A stretch of DNA of 64,000 bases. It comes from Eledone cirrhosa (lineage: Eukaryota). The stretch spans positions 27,342,001-27,406,000 of the forward strand of contig OZ024754.1 in the NCBI GenBank assembly GCA_964016885.1, read 5' to 3'. The translations under genes were made by a program, and so were the position numbers. The notes under the pieces are model-generated. The model worked only from the letters and a program-made list of their open reading frames with translations. It did not search any database and had not been told where the DNA came from. This document shows positions 12,516 to 28,354 of the stretch, in pieces (the stretch's first letter is position 1; each line of letters begins with the position of its first letter).

Positions 12516-12673
12516 ATATATAAACAACTATCTGGTTGTGGAACCAACCAACCAACCAGAAATTTATAAGTTTGTAAATTTGTAGATTTATAAATTTATA
12601 AATATATAATAAATTGAAGTGAAAGCAACTGGTGCGTGTGTTTCTTATTGGCAACATGAGCCTCCCAAAGTAT

Positions 12674-12799
<126 letters not shown>

Positions 12800-12813
12800 A
12801 TATATATATATAT

Positions 12814-12972
12814 AACGGAGGAAATGTGGTAAGGAATCAGGTGGACCATAACGCATCAAAGTACTCAATACTTAGGGTAGTAGAGTGGGTAATAGGAACG
12901 AGTAGGACCCTGACGGCTGAGCTCAAGCCGTCGAAACGGCTTGAGCTCAGCCGTCGGGGTCCTACTCGTTCC

Positions 12973-12973
<1 letters not shown>
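12814..12973 (-). mobile_element. Short fold-back PLE-type 3' end (same family as 8050-8237)
   Basis: Sequence homology; palindrome around GTCGAAAC; (TA)n on both sides. Confidence 0.75.
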
Positions 12974-13061
<88 letters not shown>

Positions 13062-13113
13062 AGTTATTCCGGGTTGATTCCTGATGAAAGAGTTCTAGTC
13101 CTGTAGAAGCTCT

Positions 13114-13162
<49 letters not shown>

Positions 13163-14419
13163 TATATATATATTTTTTCTAAACCTTACTGTAGCAATTT
13201 CGCATTCTAGATCTCTACAAAAAAATTTTTTAAATCATTTACTCATCTTCGCGGGATCTCCTCGCATAACTTTGAATCATTTGAGGGAGAATCATCTGTT
13301 TAATTCTGAGTAACGTATACAAATGAAATGAATCATTCTGTCAGTCACACTTGATTCGATCTTGCGATCTGGAATATTTGCTCGTATAACATTATGTCTC
13401 TTGTGTAAACTTGTAATTCGTCAAAGTATAGAATGGAAGAAGCAAAATATTCAGTACACCTGTTTACACATCATATTATGTAAGCACTAATTAATATCCG
13501 AAACCAAAGTAAATATTCTAAATTGTCCGCAAGGAGAATAAACGAAACGTGTTGATGCATAATCATTAGAATTTGCTATTGCATCTATAAAAATAGCATT
13601 GGGAATTAATCTGACGAAATTAAATTCGTCATTCAAAATTGAAGTGAGCAGAACGCTTTCAAACTAACACTGATAATGCAGTAATGGTCAATATGGCGAT
13701 TTTGCATTCTGGAGTACTTGCTCGTGCTTCGTCATACCATTACTACAGTAATCCTGTAATTTTATGAATGTATAGAAACGAAATATAAAATATTCAGTAT
13801 TCGTATATAGCCATATTACGTAAGTACAAATTAAAACCACATACAACATTAACAATTTTAAAAGACAAAAATATGCAGGCTAAAAAGGTTGCGTAAGGAT
13901 GAGAACTTGCATAAGCAACTAAAGAGAAAAGGAAAATATTGGAAATTAAGTTGACAAAATACAAGTTGCCAAGCAAGATTTAAGCGAGCACAACTTTGCT
14001 AAGCTGACACGCATACTCGGTAAAATCATGGTAAATATGGAGAAAATGTTAAGTATTCAGGTGAAAGGTATGATATAGTATCAATCGCTTAATTCCATTC
14101 TATTATCCAGCTGAAGAAGTCTCACAATCATATGTGGATTCTCATTGATTGTTTGTAAAATTTCATGAAAGGATCTAACCGTAATTCTAGATTCGTGAAA
14201 CAAATGAATCCATAACTACTGACACCGAGGCAACAATGATGAAATTTGCAGTCTCCCAATACACACACACAGACACCCTCACGCGCGCACAAACCCATAC
14301 ACACACGTCGTGCACGCGCACACACACCCACACACATATATATATGTATATATATCAAATTATAAATGTATGGAAATAATAAACAAACACATACCTAATA
14401 TTTTCCTCAAAGTCCCGTC

Positions 14420-14469
<50 letters not shown>

Positions 14470-14472
<3 letters not shown>

Positions 14473-15634
14473 GGTGCGGACGGTATTTGAGGACAGATTT
14501 ATGGTTTAAAAAAAAACGCTTATATAACAGAAAAAAAACTGTATTCTTATAAAAATAACATAAACATAAAGCTAAATTATCAATTTAATAATTTCATTCA
14601 ATAAAACCAGCATAAGCATCAATAACTACCACTACGCGGAGTTGAAATCGTTTACAAGCTCGGATTAAGTGGTCCTTGTTCATATCGGACAGACTCGAAC
14701 TATTACGGCTTTCAAAGAATCTTTGTTGCTATGGGGTGTTCATTGACATTTTTCTCAACGATGCTCCATACATAGTAGTTCAGTTGATTGAGATCTGGAG
14801 AATTAAGAGGCTAAATGTTGGGGGTGATGTGATCATGCAATTTTACGGCCATCCATTCTTGTGTCATTTGCGTCTTGTATGATGGTGCAGAATCTTGTTG
14901 AAAGGCATAAGGATTTCCATTGCATACACTGTTGATCCAAGGCTTAACAACTTTATCCAGAACCTCAATATACGCAGCAGCATTCACGCTAAGGCCTTGT
15001 GGAAAAAAGTGAGGAGGATCACATGTCCGTCTTTGCTAACAACACCCAAAACTATGACACTTGCAGGAAATTTTGTGTGTATTACTCTTGGAACCTCAGA
15101 AGGGTCTGCACATAGCCACCTGTCATTTCTTCTGTTAATTTTCTGGTCCTGGTCAAAGTTTTTCTCATCTGAAAAAAACTATATCACACCATCTTCTGAT
15201 GGATTTTTAAGTTTGTTCAAAAGTCTTTTGGATCTGATTAAATGATTTTCTTTTGTTTATTCTGACATGAATTGACTTCTCCTAATCACGTAAGATTTGT
15301 ATCTGATGCATAACAATTCTGATTGTTTTTTCTGACACACCAACATTTTTTGCAATTGACGTCATTGATTTTCCTGGATTGTCATCAATGTTTTGCTTAA
15401 CTTCCTGAATAAATTCAGGTGTCCTGATAGAATCAGAGCATTTTGGAATGTTTTTTACGTTTTGATACAGGTAATACGCTCACACCGAATCTTGTCACAA
15501 TCACAGCAGGCCTTTTCATTTCATTGGTAAGCATAGTTATTTTCATTGTTATTTTCTGAAATAGAAGTTCAATAAAAGTTAGTCAAATAAAATAATGACT
15601 AAAAATGCACGTGTCCTCAAATATCGCCTGCACC

Positions 15635-15637
<3 letters not shown>
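14470..15637 (-). mobile_element. Tc1/mariner superfamily DNA transposon, DD37D (maT-like), decayed transposase
   Basis: TIRs CAGGGTGCGGACGGTATTTGAGGACA / TGTCCTCAAATATCGCCTGCACCCTG within (TA)n; - strand FFSDEKNF, FQQDSAPS, NSPDLNQLNYYVWS with 37 codons between the second D and the third catalytic position; stops present. Confidence 0.9.
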
Positions 15638-15724
<87 letters not shown>

Positions 15725-16118
15725 GATGGTTGCCCCTTGTTATCGAGTATGGCCATTGCATGATATAACATTATTAATACTTATCAATTAATACTATCAA
15801 TTAATACTATCGTAATGATTTATTTTTTAAGTGAGGAAAGACTGTGCACTCAGCCAATCTCACTCTCTGAACGACATTAGCTATAACCCGAAAAGAAGAA
15901 AAGATCAACATCATTGGTAACTACTGAGCCGCAAATTTTATGTCGGAGTTATCCCAGTTTCTTGAGTTGCATTCTCCTAGAAGAAGACCCTGAAAAAGGC
16001 TAGGGCTCCTTCACTCCCAGTGGTTTAACTAAGCGATCGGGTATCCAGCCCGATTATTTCAATGTCCCCGCGCATACACATGATTACATGTATATACATA
16101 CAAACAGACACACACACA

Positions 16119-16213
<95 letters not shown>

Positions 16214-16328
16214 GCATACATATTTACGTATTTTCTTTATGGCCGTTGACTCTTGTGACCCTTCCACCCTTTGTCACGTTTTGTTTTTTGTCCTGCATCT
16301 ATGCACAATATCTCTATGTCTCTCTCTC

Positions 16329-16367
<39 letters not shown>

Positions 16368-17624
16368 GTATATATACACACATATACATATGCGTGTGTA
16401 TGTTTTACAGATTCGTACTTACAATTATAATCTATAATCTAAGACAGACATAACAAACAGCTGTTTCTGTAAAGTAGATTTTTATGTAAAGAAATTATAA
16501 AATACATCTTCAGATGTATCTTGAATACAGCGAGACAAAAAGTTTTTTTTCTTAAATCAATACCCCAAAACACAAAGAAAAACTTAATATTAAAATTTAA
16601 CTTTAAAATACCAAAGAAAGAACAATTTAATTTATATTTCATTCACAAGGTATTGTGTATTGCTCGTTATGATTCTAGTCAGGAACCATTTTACCATAAC
16701 TGTTGCCAAGAATCACTTATTGCTTCACTCAGCTATATGAATTGAAGACACTGTTCTAATCATACTTGAGTGTTGGCAACCTGCCTTTAGCTTAGTCTGT
16801 TGCAAAGTCTTCATTCAAATATTTATCATCAGAAAGAGTAGTGATGGTGGTGGAAAATACAGAGCAGAAATAATGTAATGCTAGACAAAAGCGATCAAGG
16901 AGTGAATTGGGAAAGACGTTTGAGCGTCGGATTAAATGCATTGCAGTAATTGTTCTGATTCTCTGTACTCTGTGTTCAAATCCAACATAAGTCAAAATCG
17001 TCGTAAATTATTTCGGCTTCGATAAAATAAATACCATTTCAGCAAAGAATAAAAGCCGCATTGTTCGAGAATCTGATTAGGAGCTTTGAATTATCTTATT
17101 TGGCTCCTTGGAGTCCGAGTTCGCATGCGAACATATCCACTCGATTTCCGTTTCCACTATTCCCAATACCTAGATGCTTTAGTCATTATCAAATGTTCTT
17201 ACATGAACAGTGATATACATCTATTTCTATCAGCCGCTGTATACTAAGTAGAAGAGGATCAGAAAAAAATGAGATCAGGAAAATAGTAGAGAAAAATAAG
17301 TCTATTGTCATATATATTAACAATAAGTACAATGGTTCGAACACAACACGGTAATGACAAGCTAATAGCCAGCTCTTGGTATGGAGCTGAGCTAGGAAGA
17401 AGGGGATTGATATTAAGTTAAGCCTTACGGAACATGGAATCACACAATGACACAAAGTTAAGGTTGATGAAACATGGAATCACGCCGTGTCCTTGTCTAT
17501 GAAGCCTATCTACGCCGACTCTACCGATCACAAATTTGTGGTCTGTGTAGTCGAGCTATTTTCAGTTGTGGACAACTTATACTAGTCTTATCTACTTCTC
17601 TACAAGGTCAGCAATTTGAAAGTG

Positions 17625-17772
17625 TATTACTGACACTTTATTTTATCGACCCCGTAAGGATGAAAGGCAAAGCTAACCTCGGCGGGATTTGAACTCAGAA
17701 AGTAAAGAACCATAACTCTATGCTGCAAAGCATTGTGTCTGACGCTCTACCGATACTGCCAATCCACGGCCC
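17625..17772 (-). mobile_element. tRNA-derived SINE (family A)
   Basis: Homology to 2881-3064; A/B boxes. Confidence 0.85.
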
Positions 17773-18184
17773 TTTCCAATCCACCATACTTCTAAAATAA
17801 CATGCTGTTGTAATACAATGGGAATTCTTTTTGATACAACCCTATATATATAAATGATGAAACTTGGATATTGTATCTAACGGCAAGCGAGATTAGTAAG
17901 GTAGTGTATCGCGTTATTTTCTCTTTTCGCAATAATAGAAATTACTGCGGGTGATATTATCATCATTGTTGTGAATGAAAGTATAACTCACCATGTGATA
18001 TGATATTACCTGTATTATAAACCAGAAGAAATCTCTTGATGTCTTAACTGAAATCTCCATGTGATATTGTGATAGTATTCTTATTGTCAGAAACGCCAGT
18101 GAATAACTGAAATAACTCACTGGCAATATTATCAATAACCAAGCTCAAAAGATTACAGGAAGTTAAAACAAAAACAGTATAATG

Positions 18185-18263
<79 letters not shown>

Positions 18264-18616
18264 CGTGTGTGTGTGCGTGTGTGTGTGTGTATGTGTGTGT
18301 GTGTGTGTAACTATGTATATACACACATGCATAAAATACATATAGATTTATATATATGTATATACATGTATATACATATATACATCAATCCCTCCATGCA
18401 TACTTACCTATCACTCCCCCGCACTTGTTCTCACTCTCTATAAATATCTCTCTCTTTCACTATATATATATATATGTATTGAGTATATGTTGGTTGTTTA
18501 CCGACACCTCAGTGTGCAGATTGGAGCACACGACGAAGTACGCAGATTGGTTTGTTTACTCCGGAGTAATGTAAAATAATTAAGTCAAATAGGTAAAATT
18601 TAGCTATTTGACTTAA

Positions 18617-18685
<69 letters not shown>

Positions 18686-19166
18686 GTATTTACGTATGTG
18701 TTTTTTTGTACATACAACATTTATCTTTAAGAAGTGATTCAACCATGGGATCACATAAAGGTAAAACTGAAAGCCAAACGAAACACACTTTCAGCCTTAT
18801 ATATAAACACAGAGATACACACGTACAGGCATAGCACAGCAAAGCGAACTTATATAGCACTGAGAATTAGTTACATTCATTATCTCCTTATGAATAACTG
18901 ATGAGACAGAGTTACCAAAATCTCACGCTCAATGTTACTTTGGTGCCAGAAGATCTGTTTAATAACTCAATAGAGTCACGCTAAATTTCATTTTAGCTAC
19001 TTGAGAACAGAGTTCGGGTTATTGATTAAGGAAATTAATAATTCAGCTATGAAATACAATGGCACTTAATTGACATATGAATATATATCTTCCTGAGTAT
19101 GTGTCTGTGTTTGTATGTTATGAATTATCAAATTCATAGACGCTACGTGTATGTAGACATATATAT

Positions 19167-19539
19167 ATCACATCATCATCACCATCACTCGTCGACTACT
19201 GTCAAGATGATGGATCTCACTCTCATGCCCCAGAATCCCCTGTCCCCCATCGCTGCCCCCAGGTCCTGTCTGTTGATTCCCGTATCCCTAGAGATAACGT
19301 CAGGGAATGACAGCTTCCTACTCCTAGTCAGGCTGGAGTCAGGGTTCCAGAGCAAGAGAGCAGATATGATTTCATTGCTCGCACGGTGACAGTGGCCAGC
19401 AAATTGAGCTCTCCGGGATTTTAGAAGGGCAGAGGCTCGAGGGAGTTTGCCATAGATTTTAGACAAGGTGGGATATCGTTTCCAGGATAGGTTTTGCACT
19501 CTCATTAAGAGGCGGGTATATGTGCCATCCAATCTCCTC
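19167..19539 (-). mobile_element. RTE-clade LINE 3' fragment
   Basis: [11 protein letters not shown]...LSW...RRAQFAGHCHR...LLW.P...M.DR..W followed by a (TGA/TGG)n tail. Confidence 0.8.
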
Positions 19540-19568
19540 ATATATATATAAATACACGCAGACGTCTG

Positions 19569-19630
<62 letters not shown>

Positions 19631-19681
19631 CACACACACACACACACACACACATGCATATATATATAAATACACGCAGAC

Positions 19682-19753
<72 letters not shown>

Positions 19754-19766
19754 GTACACACACACA

Positions 19767-19802
<36 letters not shown>

Positions 19803-19825
19803 AGCAAATTATAAATGTAAACATG

Positions 19826-20011
19826 TAAGTATGTTTTTGAAACGGTGCGCGAGTTTGAAAATTAGAAATTAGAAATTATAAGCTTTCACCGTATTTTAGA
19901 CTAAAGATGAGTGTTGCCGTACATGGGAGCAACATGTATATAAATATATATATATATAAATATATATACATGTTGCTCCCATGTACGGCAACACTCATCT
20001 TTAGTCTAAAA
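19826..20011. repeat. Fold-back repeat centred on a TA tract; same family as 49936-50091
   Basis: ATTTTAGACTAAAGATGAGTGTTGCCGTACATGGGAGCAACATG is inverted at ~19968-20011; AAGCT..CCGTATTTT.GACTAAAGA shared with ~49950. Confidence 0.7.
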
Positions 20012-20064
20012 TATATATAAATATATATATAAATTTGGCAACATGACCCTCCCAAAGTATAACA

Positions 20065-20151
<87 letters not shown>

Positions 20152-20179
20152 ACCAAAAGATGGTTAAAAGAGTTCCATG

Positions 20180-20247
20180 TATTTTATTATGCGCATTTCA
20201 AAAACAAATATCATGCAATAACATTTGCGTTTTCGTCAGATAAAATA
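20180..20247 (-). ncRNA. Type I hammerhead ribozyme in 3' pseudo-LTR
   Basis: TATTTTAT-CTGACGA-long stem II-GAA-ATGCGCAT-A-ATAAAATA. Confidence 0.85.
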
Positions 20248-20879
20248 GGGAGACATGATATGAAGGTTAAAACACACTTGTGAATAGTGCAGTTTTAAAT
20301 CAACATATGAAAAGTAGTTTTAGATTGATGTGTGATATTGGGGAAAAAAAAAAAAATGAGGGGGGGGGGGGAGAATGAAAAAGAGGAGGAGATGAGAGAG
20401 AAAGTGGAGGGGGAGGAGTATAATGAGGAAGGATGAGATAGGAGGAGAGATGGGTGATAGAGAGAGAGAGATAGCTTTTATAACAGAAAAATATATTGTT
20501 TTATATAGAGAGGTTGAAAAACCGTTGGAAGATAATGTATAAATTAAAAGAATTTGAAAATTAACGAAGAGAAACATTTTAGAATAATGTTAAATTAAGG
20601 TTTGTATATTTAAGGGTTTAATAATATGTGCGATGGAAAGAAATTGTTAATATGTATTATTAAAAAAATATTAAAATATAGCAATAGTAATGTAATTAAG
20701 GATATATTGTGAAAGAAGTAGAAGAGTGGGTGAATAAGTGTAATATGTATAAGTTAGATGAGCATGAAAGGGAGAAAAAATAATGAATTGAGGATGAATA
20801 ATCTAACGTCAAATAAATGTTTATGTTTACGAAGGATTTTTTCAAGGTGATATGAAGTAAGAATATATTGTGCTGAGTA

Positions 20880-21070
20880 ATAATTGTTTCTACTTTTGGC
20901 ACAAGGCCAGCAATTACCCAGTGTATTACTGGTACTTTATTTTATCGACCCCGTAAGGATGAAAGGCAAAGTTAACCTCGGCGGGATTTGAACTCAGACC
21001 GTAAAGGGACGTAACTATGCTGGAAAGCATGGCGTCCGACTCTCTACTGATACTGCCAATCCACCGCCCT
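20880..21070 (-). mobile_element. tRNA-derived SINE (family A) nested in PLE 3' UTR
   Basis: Full copy with A/B boxes and (TTA) tail. Confidence 0.9.
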
Positions 21071-21319
21071 TACGAGTAATAATGATAATTGAGAAGTATC
21101 TAGGAAGAAAAGGTACAGATTAGAGGTTAGAAATTAAAAGAAAAAGAAAAAAAAGCAAAGAAAAAAGGAAAAAAGAAAGGGAAGTGATAAATAGGAGTAT
21201 TATATAATGTATAATAAATAACATTGAAATAAGGTAGAAAGATGAGTATATTTTTAAAGAAATATATATGTATATATATATGTGTGCCTTTGAGAAAAGG
21301 ATTTTAAATTGATAAAGTA

Positions 21320-23701
21320 TTAGATATTAGCTGTATACTTTATGGAATGTTCTCTCAAGCAGAGAGAAAACAAGTCAGTGCGTCTATTTATTATAGAATC
21401 TAAATTAGATATAATGGTAAATTTTTCACATAAACAGAGATTGCATGTCTTGGATAGAGAACTATTCAAGTATGGAGAAGCAGAACAAACCTTCTTCCAA
21501 GAGATGTTATAGTTAATATTTTTGTCTTTCAAGGACCATATGAGTTCTGAGAGTGCCGTGTTGGTTCTTTTAAGTTGGTATTTAAAAGGCGAATGATGAT
21601 TATAAAAACGAGCTTTAAAGGAGGTGGAAGTGGAGCCAAAATAGGTAAAGGAATTGGTGTCAGTTATAACTTTACATTCGTAGATTAAGTTTTTTTCAAG
21701 ACAATGGTTGTTGAGAGGACATTTATTTTTAACAGGGCAATTGCAATGGCGATTAGAGAAATTAACAGAGTTATTAACAATTGACCTAGTGTTATCTATA
21801 GAAGGAATTGGTTTGGAGAAGTTATTTACGATAGGAATAATAGTTTCTTGATTTAGTATGGGATTAAGAACATTTAACGAAGTTGCGTTTGACGTTGTAT
21901 TTGGGTTTGCAGAAATTAGCCTAGAGTTAACAATGACGTCGGGAGTACTATTACTATTATTATGATATTCAGTGTTGGAAGGAAGAGATTTAGTATTTAG
22001 TATGTTATTGTTGTGTTTAGAGATAATGTTGGAGATGTTGGAGGAAGTCGAATAGGAACATTTTATAGTGTGTTTGTTAAATATTTTACTATAGATATGT
22101 GAGGGAGGGAAGCATTTATTTAAGGCACTAAAGAATAATTTAGGAATATTATTATTAATAGAGATGGAGAAAGGAGCATTATACCAGATTATGTTTTTGT
22201 ATCTAGGTCTTTTATTAAAGTTATTGGAATGATCATGATTAATTATTCTACTGTAAGATCTTCTAGAATTTGTTTCTTTACTATATTTGATTTTATCAGG
22301 ATAACCGGCTTTAGAAAGCGCGTTATTATAGTAATTGGCGTTAGCATCAAAGATGTTTTTATTAGAAGATAGGTTAGATATTCTTTTTCCAATATTACTA
22401 ACTATAGCATTCTTAATATTAGTGGGGTGGTTAGATTTAAAATTAACATAATTTAGGTTCTCATTGTTTTTATGGTAGGTCAGTGTCAAGATTAAGAGAT
22501 ACATCCAAGAAATTAGCTAGTTTGATGCTGTTATCAAATTCAATGTTTAAGTTATGTTGGTTAAAGAGATTACGTATATTGTTCTTAATAATATTAAGGT
22601 TAACTATGTTGCAATTTAAGATAGTAAAGAGTCCATCGTCACGATAAATTCCACCGCGAAGTTGAGGAATTTTCCGATTCAAAGAGTTCAAAATAAAGAC
22701 ACCAATTAAATCTGTCAATTGGGATCAATCGGATGCTCCCATTGTGATGTCAAAGTTGTTAGAGGTATCAGCTCTGGTCCAATATTCATTGTTGAACTCT
22801 AGGATGGTTTTACGTGCGGTGAGAATGATGTGAAGTTCATCAGTGGTGATGTCTGAATATTTGTAAGCGAAAGATAGAGCATTGTTGAGAAGTGAGGGCG
22901 AAATAGAAGAATCAGTAGCTGGCAATATCAAATTGAATAAATTTTTGTTTATTTTTCTTATTCAATTTGTTGAACCAGCCAATCACTTCAGAAGTACCAA
23001 ACCATAAATTTAAGTTCAAAGAAGAGCAATTAGAACGAACCTGTGGGATAATTCTATCCAAGATGGCTTTGCTAACAACCCCCAGATCTGATTTAGAGGG
23101 GGCGATTAGTCTAACAGGTAGTTCAGTACGAAAATTGTTTTTGTGATCCTTGAGATTTATCCTCTGAGTTCTTGGGAGGAATGGTTCGGTCTTTTTTCCG
23201 ATGCCAAGTTTTGACATAATCTCAGAAGCTTCAAAGTTTATGGATTCTAAATTATCATGGTTGGTTTTGCGATATTTTTTCCTAAGTTCCTTTATGATAA
23301 GGTTGTTATAGTTATCCTTAGAAATACCATATAAATTATTTGTTTTGTCAGAGTGGACTAAAACATTTTTTGAGGAATTTAGGTTTGAAATTGTGTTCTT
23401 GAGATTTACAAGGTGCTCTTGTCCTCTTGAATTTAAGATTTTTTATAATGTTAGTTAACTCCTCCTCGAATTGCACTAGATTTTTGTTGGAAGGAGGATT
23501 TCTTCTAGAATTAAATAGATGATTGAGGAAGTTATGTTCCTTGGTATAGAAGTTCCCTTTTAGGCGCTGGTCATAGAAATAAGCTATCCATCTAAGCCTT
23601 CTTACAAAGGAGTCAGTTTTTTCAATTAGAAGTTTGGTGAATTCAGATTTACCAGGTATAGGAATGTCTTTAGTTGAAGTGGTTATGTTGTAATAATCCA
23701 T
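21320..23701 (-). pseudogene. PLE polyprotein RT + GIY-YIG (YRDD type, resembling Hydra-clade PLEs), several stops/frameshifts
   Basis: KDIPIP..RRLRW, LKDHKNNF..VRLIAPSKSDLG, FIQFDI, FDITMG, GIYRDDGL, NFLDV, CNC..CPL..CL, IYEC..YFGST..FKAR, CNLCLCEK. Confidence 0.9.
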
Positions 23702-23905
23702 GTTGTAGAAGAAAAAGTAAAGGACCATCAAAAGGTATCCAATATGAGAGTTAGCGCTCAACCGTTAAGGAGCAAGTTAATGTCGGAGGTGAGTTTTATT
23801 GTAGTATAATAAAGCAATGCAGATATCGGATAAGTAGCACTACAGTTTGTAGGACTGGAGTATAAATCATATATAAGATAAAAAGATGGTTAAAAGAGTT
23901 CCATG

Positions 23906-23976
23906 TATTTTATTATGCGCATTTCAAAAACAAATATCATCATGCAATAACATTTGCGTTTTCGTCAGATAAAATA
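23906..23976 (-). ncRNA. Type I hammerhead ribozyme in 5' pseudo-LTR
   Basis: 8-bp stem I, CTGACGA, AAACGCAAATG../..TATTTGTTTTT stem II, palindromic ATGCGCAT stem III. Confidence 0.85.
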
Positions 23977-24190
23977 GGGAGACATGATATGTGAATAGTG
24001 CAGTTTTAAATCAACATATGAAAAGTAGTTTTAGATTGATGTGTGATATAAATGAGCATAATAAAATACATGGAACTCTTTTAACCATCTTTTGATCTTA
24101 TATATTATTTATACTCCAGTCCTACAAACTGTAGAATGCTACTTATCCGATATCTGCGTTGCTTTATTGTACTACAATAAAACTCACCTC

Positions 24191-24927
<737 letters not shown>

Positions 24928-24948
24928 TATATATATATATATATATGC

Positions 24949-25000
<52 letters not shown>

Positions 25001-25199
25001 GTGTGTGTGTGCGCGTGTGTGTTTGCGTGTGTGTGTGTGCGCGCGTGTGTGTGTGTGTATACGTGTTTGATGTATGCGTTGGATCTCCGTCGATACTGAT
25101 GGCAAGTGTTCTAGATTTACGATTAACGGAAAAGCCTGATCGGTAAATTGAAGTGCAAGAAGCCTAACAATTCCCTGAAAGCCTTGAATCCTTTACCCT

Positions 25200-25395
25200 G
25201 TTTTCAGTGTGAATCAGATTGACACAGTTTGCAACAAGGTAGTCTCTTTGAGGTACTGTTACATCTCCTTTTTTTCAGCTTGGAGCAATGTGAAATAATG
25301 TGTCTTGTTCCAGGACACAACACACCACCGCAAATCAAACTAATGAAATCATGATCGGGAGTAGGCCACCCTAACCCCTAACCCAAGCGCTTTCG
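25200..25395 (-). mobile_element. Degenerate tRNA-derived SINE (family B)
   Basis: GGAGCAATGTGAAATAATGTGTCTTGTTC..ACACAACAC core shared with 60579-60620. Confidence 0.55.
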
Positions 25396-25649
25396 TAATT
25401 AATGGAAATATTTTCCCGAAGGACATGAGTATTTTTCCCCAATGGTAGATTTGAGTCAGTATAAACATTATCAGGTTGTGTGGTGTTCTTTTATAAACAT
25501 CCATAAATTCGTCATAATATTCATTCTTAAACCCAAATATTTATGTAAATATATACATACACATCAACATGTGTGCTGATATTCATTCATACACAGTAAT
25601 AAAAATATAAGAACAATCATTAATATACAGTAATACTCGTGAAATAATA

Positions 25650-25862
25650 TTGGTTTCTGATTTAGGCACAAGGCCAACAATTTTTGTGGGGAGGGGCAAG
25701 TCGACCAAATCAACCCCAGTACTTCAGGTGCTTTATTTTATCGACTCCATAAGGATGAAAGTTAATCTCGAGGAGATTTCAACTTAGAACGTAAAGTGAC
25801 ATAACTCTATGCCGTAAAGTATGTTGTCCAACTCTCTAAAGATATCGCCAATCCATCACCCT
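25650..25862 (-). mobile_element. tRNA-derived SINE (family A, long variant, diverged)
   Basis: Homology to family A with extra GGGGAGGGG..GTCGA segment. Confidence 0.75.
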
Positions 25863-25937
25863 TACTAGTGGAGTAATATTAATTCATATTCAGTCAAAAC
25901 CTGGCGTAACAATAGTTATTCATGAATTCAAATATTT

Positions 25938-26120
25938 GGATTGGCAGGATCGGTAGAGGGTCGGACGCCATGCTTTGACGCATAGAGTTACGACCCTTGC
26001 CATTCTGAGTTCAAATCCCGCCGAGGTTAACTTTGCCTTTCATCGTTATGGGGTCGATATAATAAAGTACCAGTAATACACTGGGTAATTGCTCGCCTTG
26101 TGCCAAAAGTAGAAACAATT
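25938..26120 (+). mobile_element. tRNA-derived SINE (family A)
   Basis: TGGCAGGATCGG A-box, GTTCAAATCC B-box. Confidence 0.9.
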
Positions 26121-27958
26121 AATTTGTGAGTATTTATTCTTACACAGCAATACTTTTGTAATACCTTTTGTTCAGTTTTTATTTTTATCAGCCTGTGTTT
26201 TTTTATCCCTCATTATATATTACTTTTGCCCCGGTTATACTTTGTATGTAAATTTGGAATGATGAGATCAACTCTACCAAAGTGTTGACGTTTTGAAAGA
26301 CATACACGAATGGAAATAAAGCAGAGTTAGATTGAGCGAAAAGGGAATTTTGTATACGTGACTACATGTACGTGACAGAATAACATCATCGTTAATAAAC
26401 ATATCTGAACAGTGAAACATTGAGTAACGAACGACCATCACTCTATGATATATAGTAAAGCCTTAGTGATTATATCACAGAGAGCCTAAACTTTCATCGA
26501 TCAATAAAGTAATGTTATATATATATATTGATGGTGTGTTTGACGAAATGGGTTGTTGATTACCTGATAGCGGAAATCTCTATATATTAATGGTGTCGAA
26601 GAAGAAAGACCGTTACACTGGTTATTAAATTATAGAAAGATTGTGCCGAGTTTCTGATCTGCCAAGTAATTGCAGATAAAATAACAACTTTATATAGATG
26701 TAGAAACTTCTGCTTATATATCGATTTACGAACTAACTGAAATTCCTTCTTTTAAATTATTTTCATTTCAACTATTTTCAATTTGAAGATTTCGTTGTTT
26801 CATTGTATATTTTTATCTATTTACCGGAGATTTTTACAATATACGTTTATAATATGACAAAAATAAAGAAAAAAACAATAGTAAAAAAAAATAAGGAAGG
26901 AGAAATAGGGCGCAGGCACACTTTACCACTATCACTGAATAGTATAGCCCTAATGTGCCTTAAGATGGTATAATAGTAAAAGAGTTGCCACGGATAACAG
27001 CAAACGATATTCACTACATCGGAAAATCCACCCCTTGGGACTACTTCTTCAAGCGTAAAGCACTCGTCCCTATACGTTGGAGGAAACGAATTTCAATGTT
27101 TAATAGTTGTTCAAATTTCATTAGTAATTTTATATGGAAATATTTATGAATGTGATCCATTGTTGTACCTGCCATTTGATATTATCATTTTAAGCTTTAG
27201 AATAACTTTAGATTAGTTCCCATCTATCTTCAACATTATACATTTATTCTCCGTTTTGAAGATAATTGATTTCTCAGAAGATGTTTATCGTTATTTTTTC
27301 GCTTTGAATGTTTACCTTAAAAGGAAAGGCTATCGTTGCGTTTCTTTTGATTATAATTGGTAATTATATATTCTTGCTACAAGTAAATATATTACACGGA
27401 ATTATATTCATTTATTTGAAGTAATATCATTGTGAAGAAAATAAGAATTGCAAATCTTTTGGTCCATTGTATATTGTCTTTGAATGGTTTAAATCTCTAA
27501 TTAAGATATATGGCAGTTTATATTGGAGTTCGTATTACCATTCTTAAAACAAAGCATCCAGTCCGTCTTTTTAACAAGGAAGCTAACTCACTGCAGCTTG
27601 ACAGGTATTTAAATTAGGAAAGGCGAACTTCACTCAGGGAGAGTTTCAATTTACAGTGCAACGCGGGAAGGAATACCATAAAGCCTTAAAATATATGCCA
27701 CTTCTCCAATTGCATTTAAAGAAAATATCAACATTGCCGCGTATACATTCTATAACGTATCCGTTATGTTATTGCATGACGTTGACATACTGACACGTTT
27801 TGGGCGGATATGGAAATCTCGGTTTGGGAGAAATTGTAGTCTAATCTATTTAGTTCAAAATTGTAGAAAAGACCAAATTTATGTTGGTATATAAGACGAA
27901 TTATTTGGTTATACCAAATTAAATGTCGAAAGATCTTAACAGTTTATACATAATTATA

Positions 27959-28276
27959 TCTATATTACTAAAACAGAGAATGTCTGTTTGTCTGTATGTC
28001 TGTACAATCACTAAAACTCGAGAATCACCCAACCGATTGTTTTCAAACTTTACACATGTAATACTTATGGTCCTATTGAGTGTTCTGAGCAAAACAAATT
28101 TCAAATTTTCAATGCCTTAGGGACCGCATTAGGCGATTTAACAATCTCTTTCTCTCTCTCTTTAGTCTTTCTCTTTTTAGATAGATACATAGATATTACG
28201 TTGCGCCCTTATAATATCTGTCTGTATGCCTGGCTTTCTGCATTACGTCATTATGACGTGGTGTCTGTGTGTCTGT

Positions 28277-28354
<78 letters not shown>
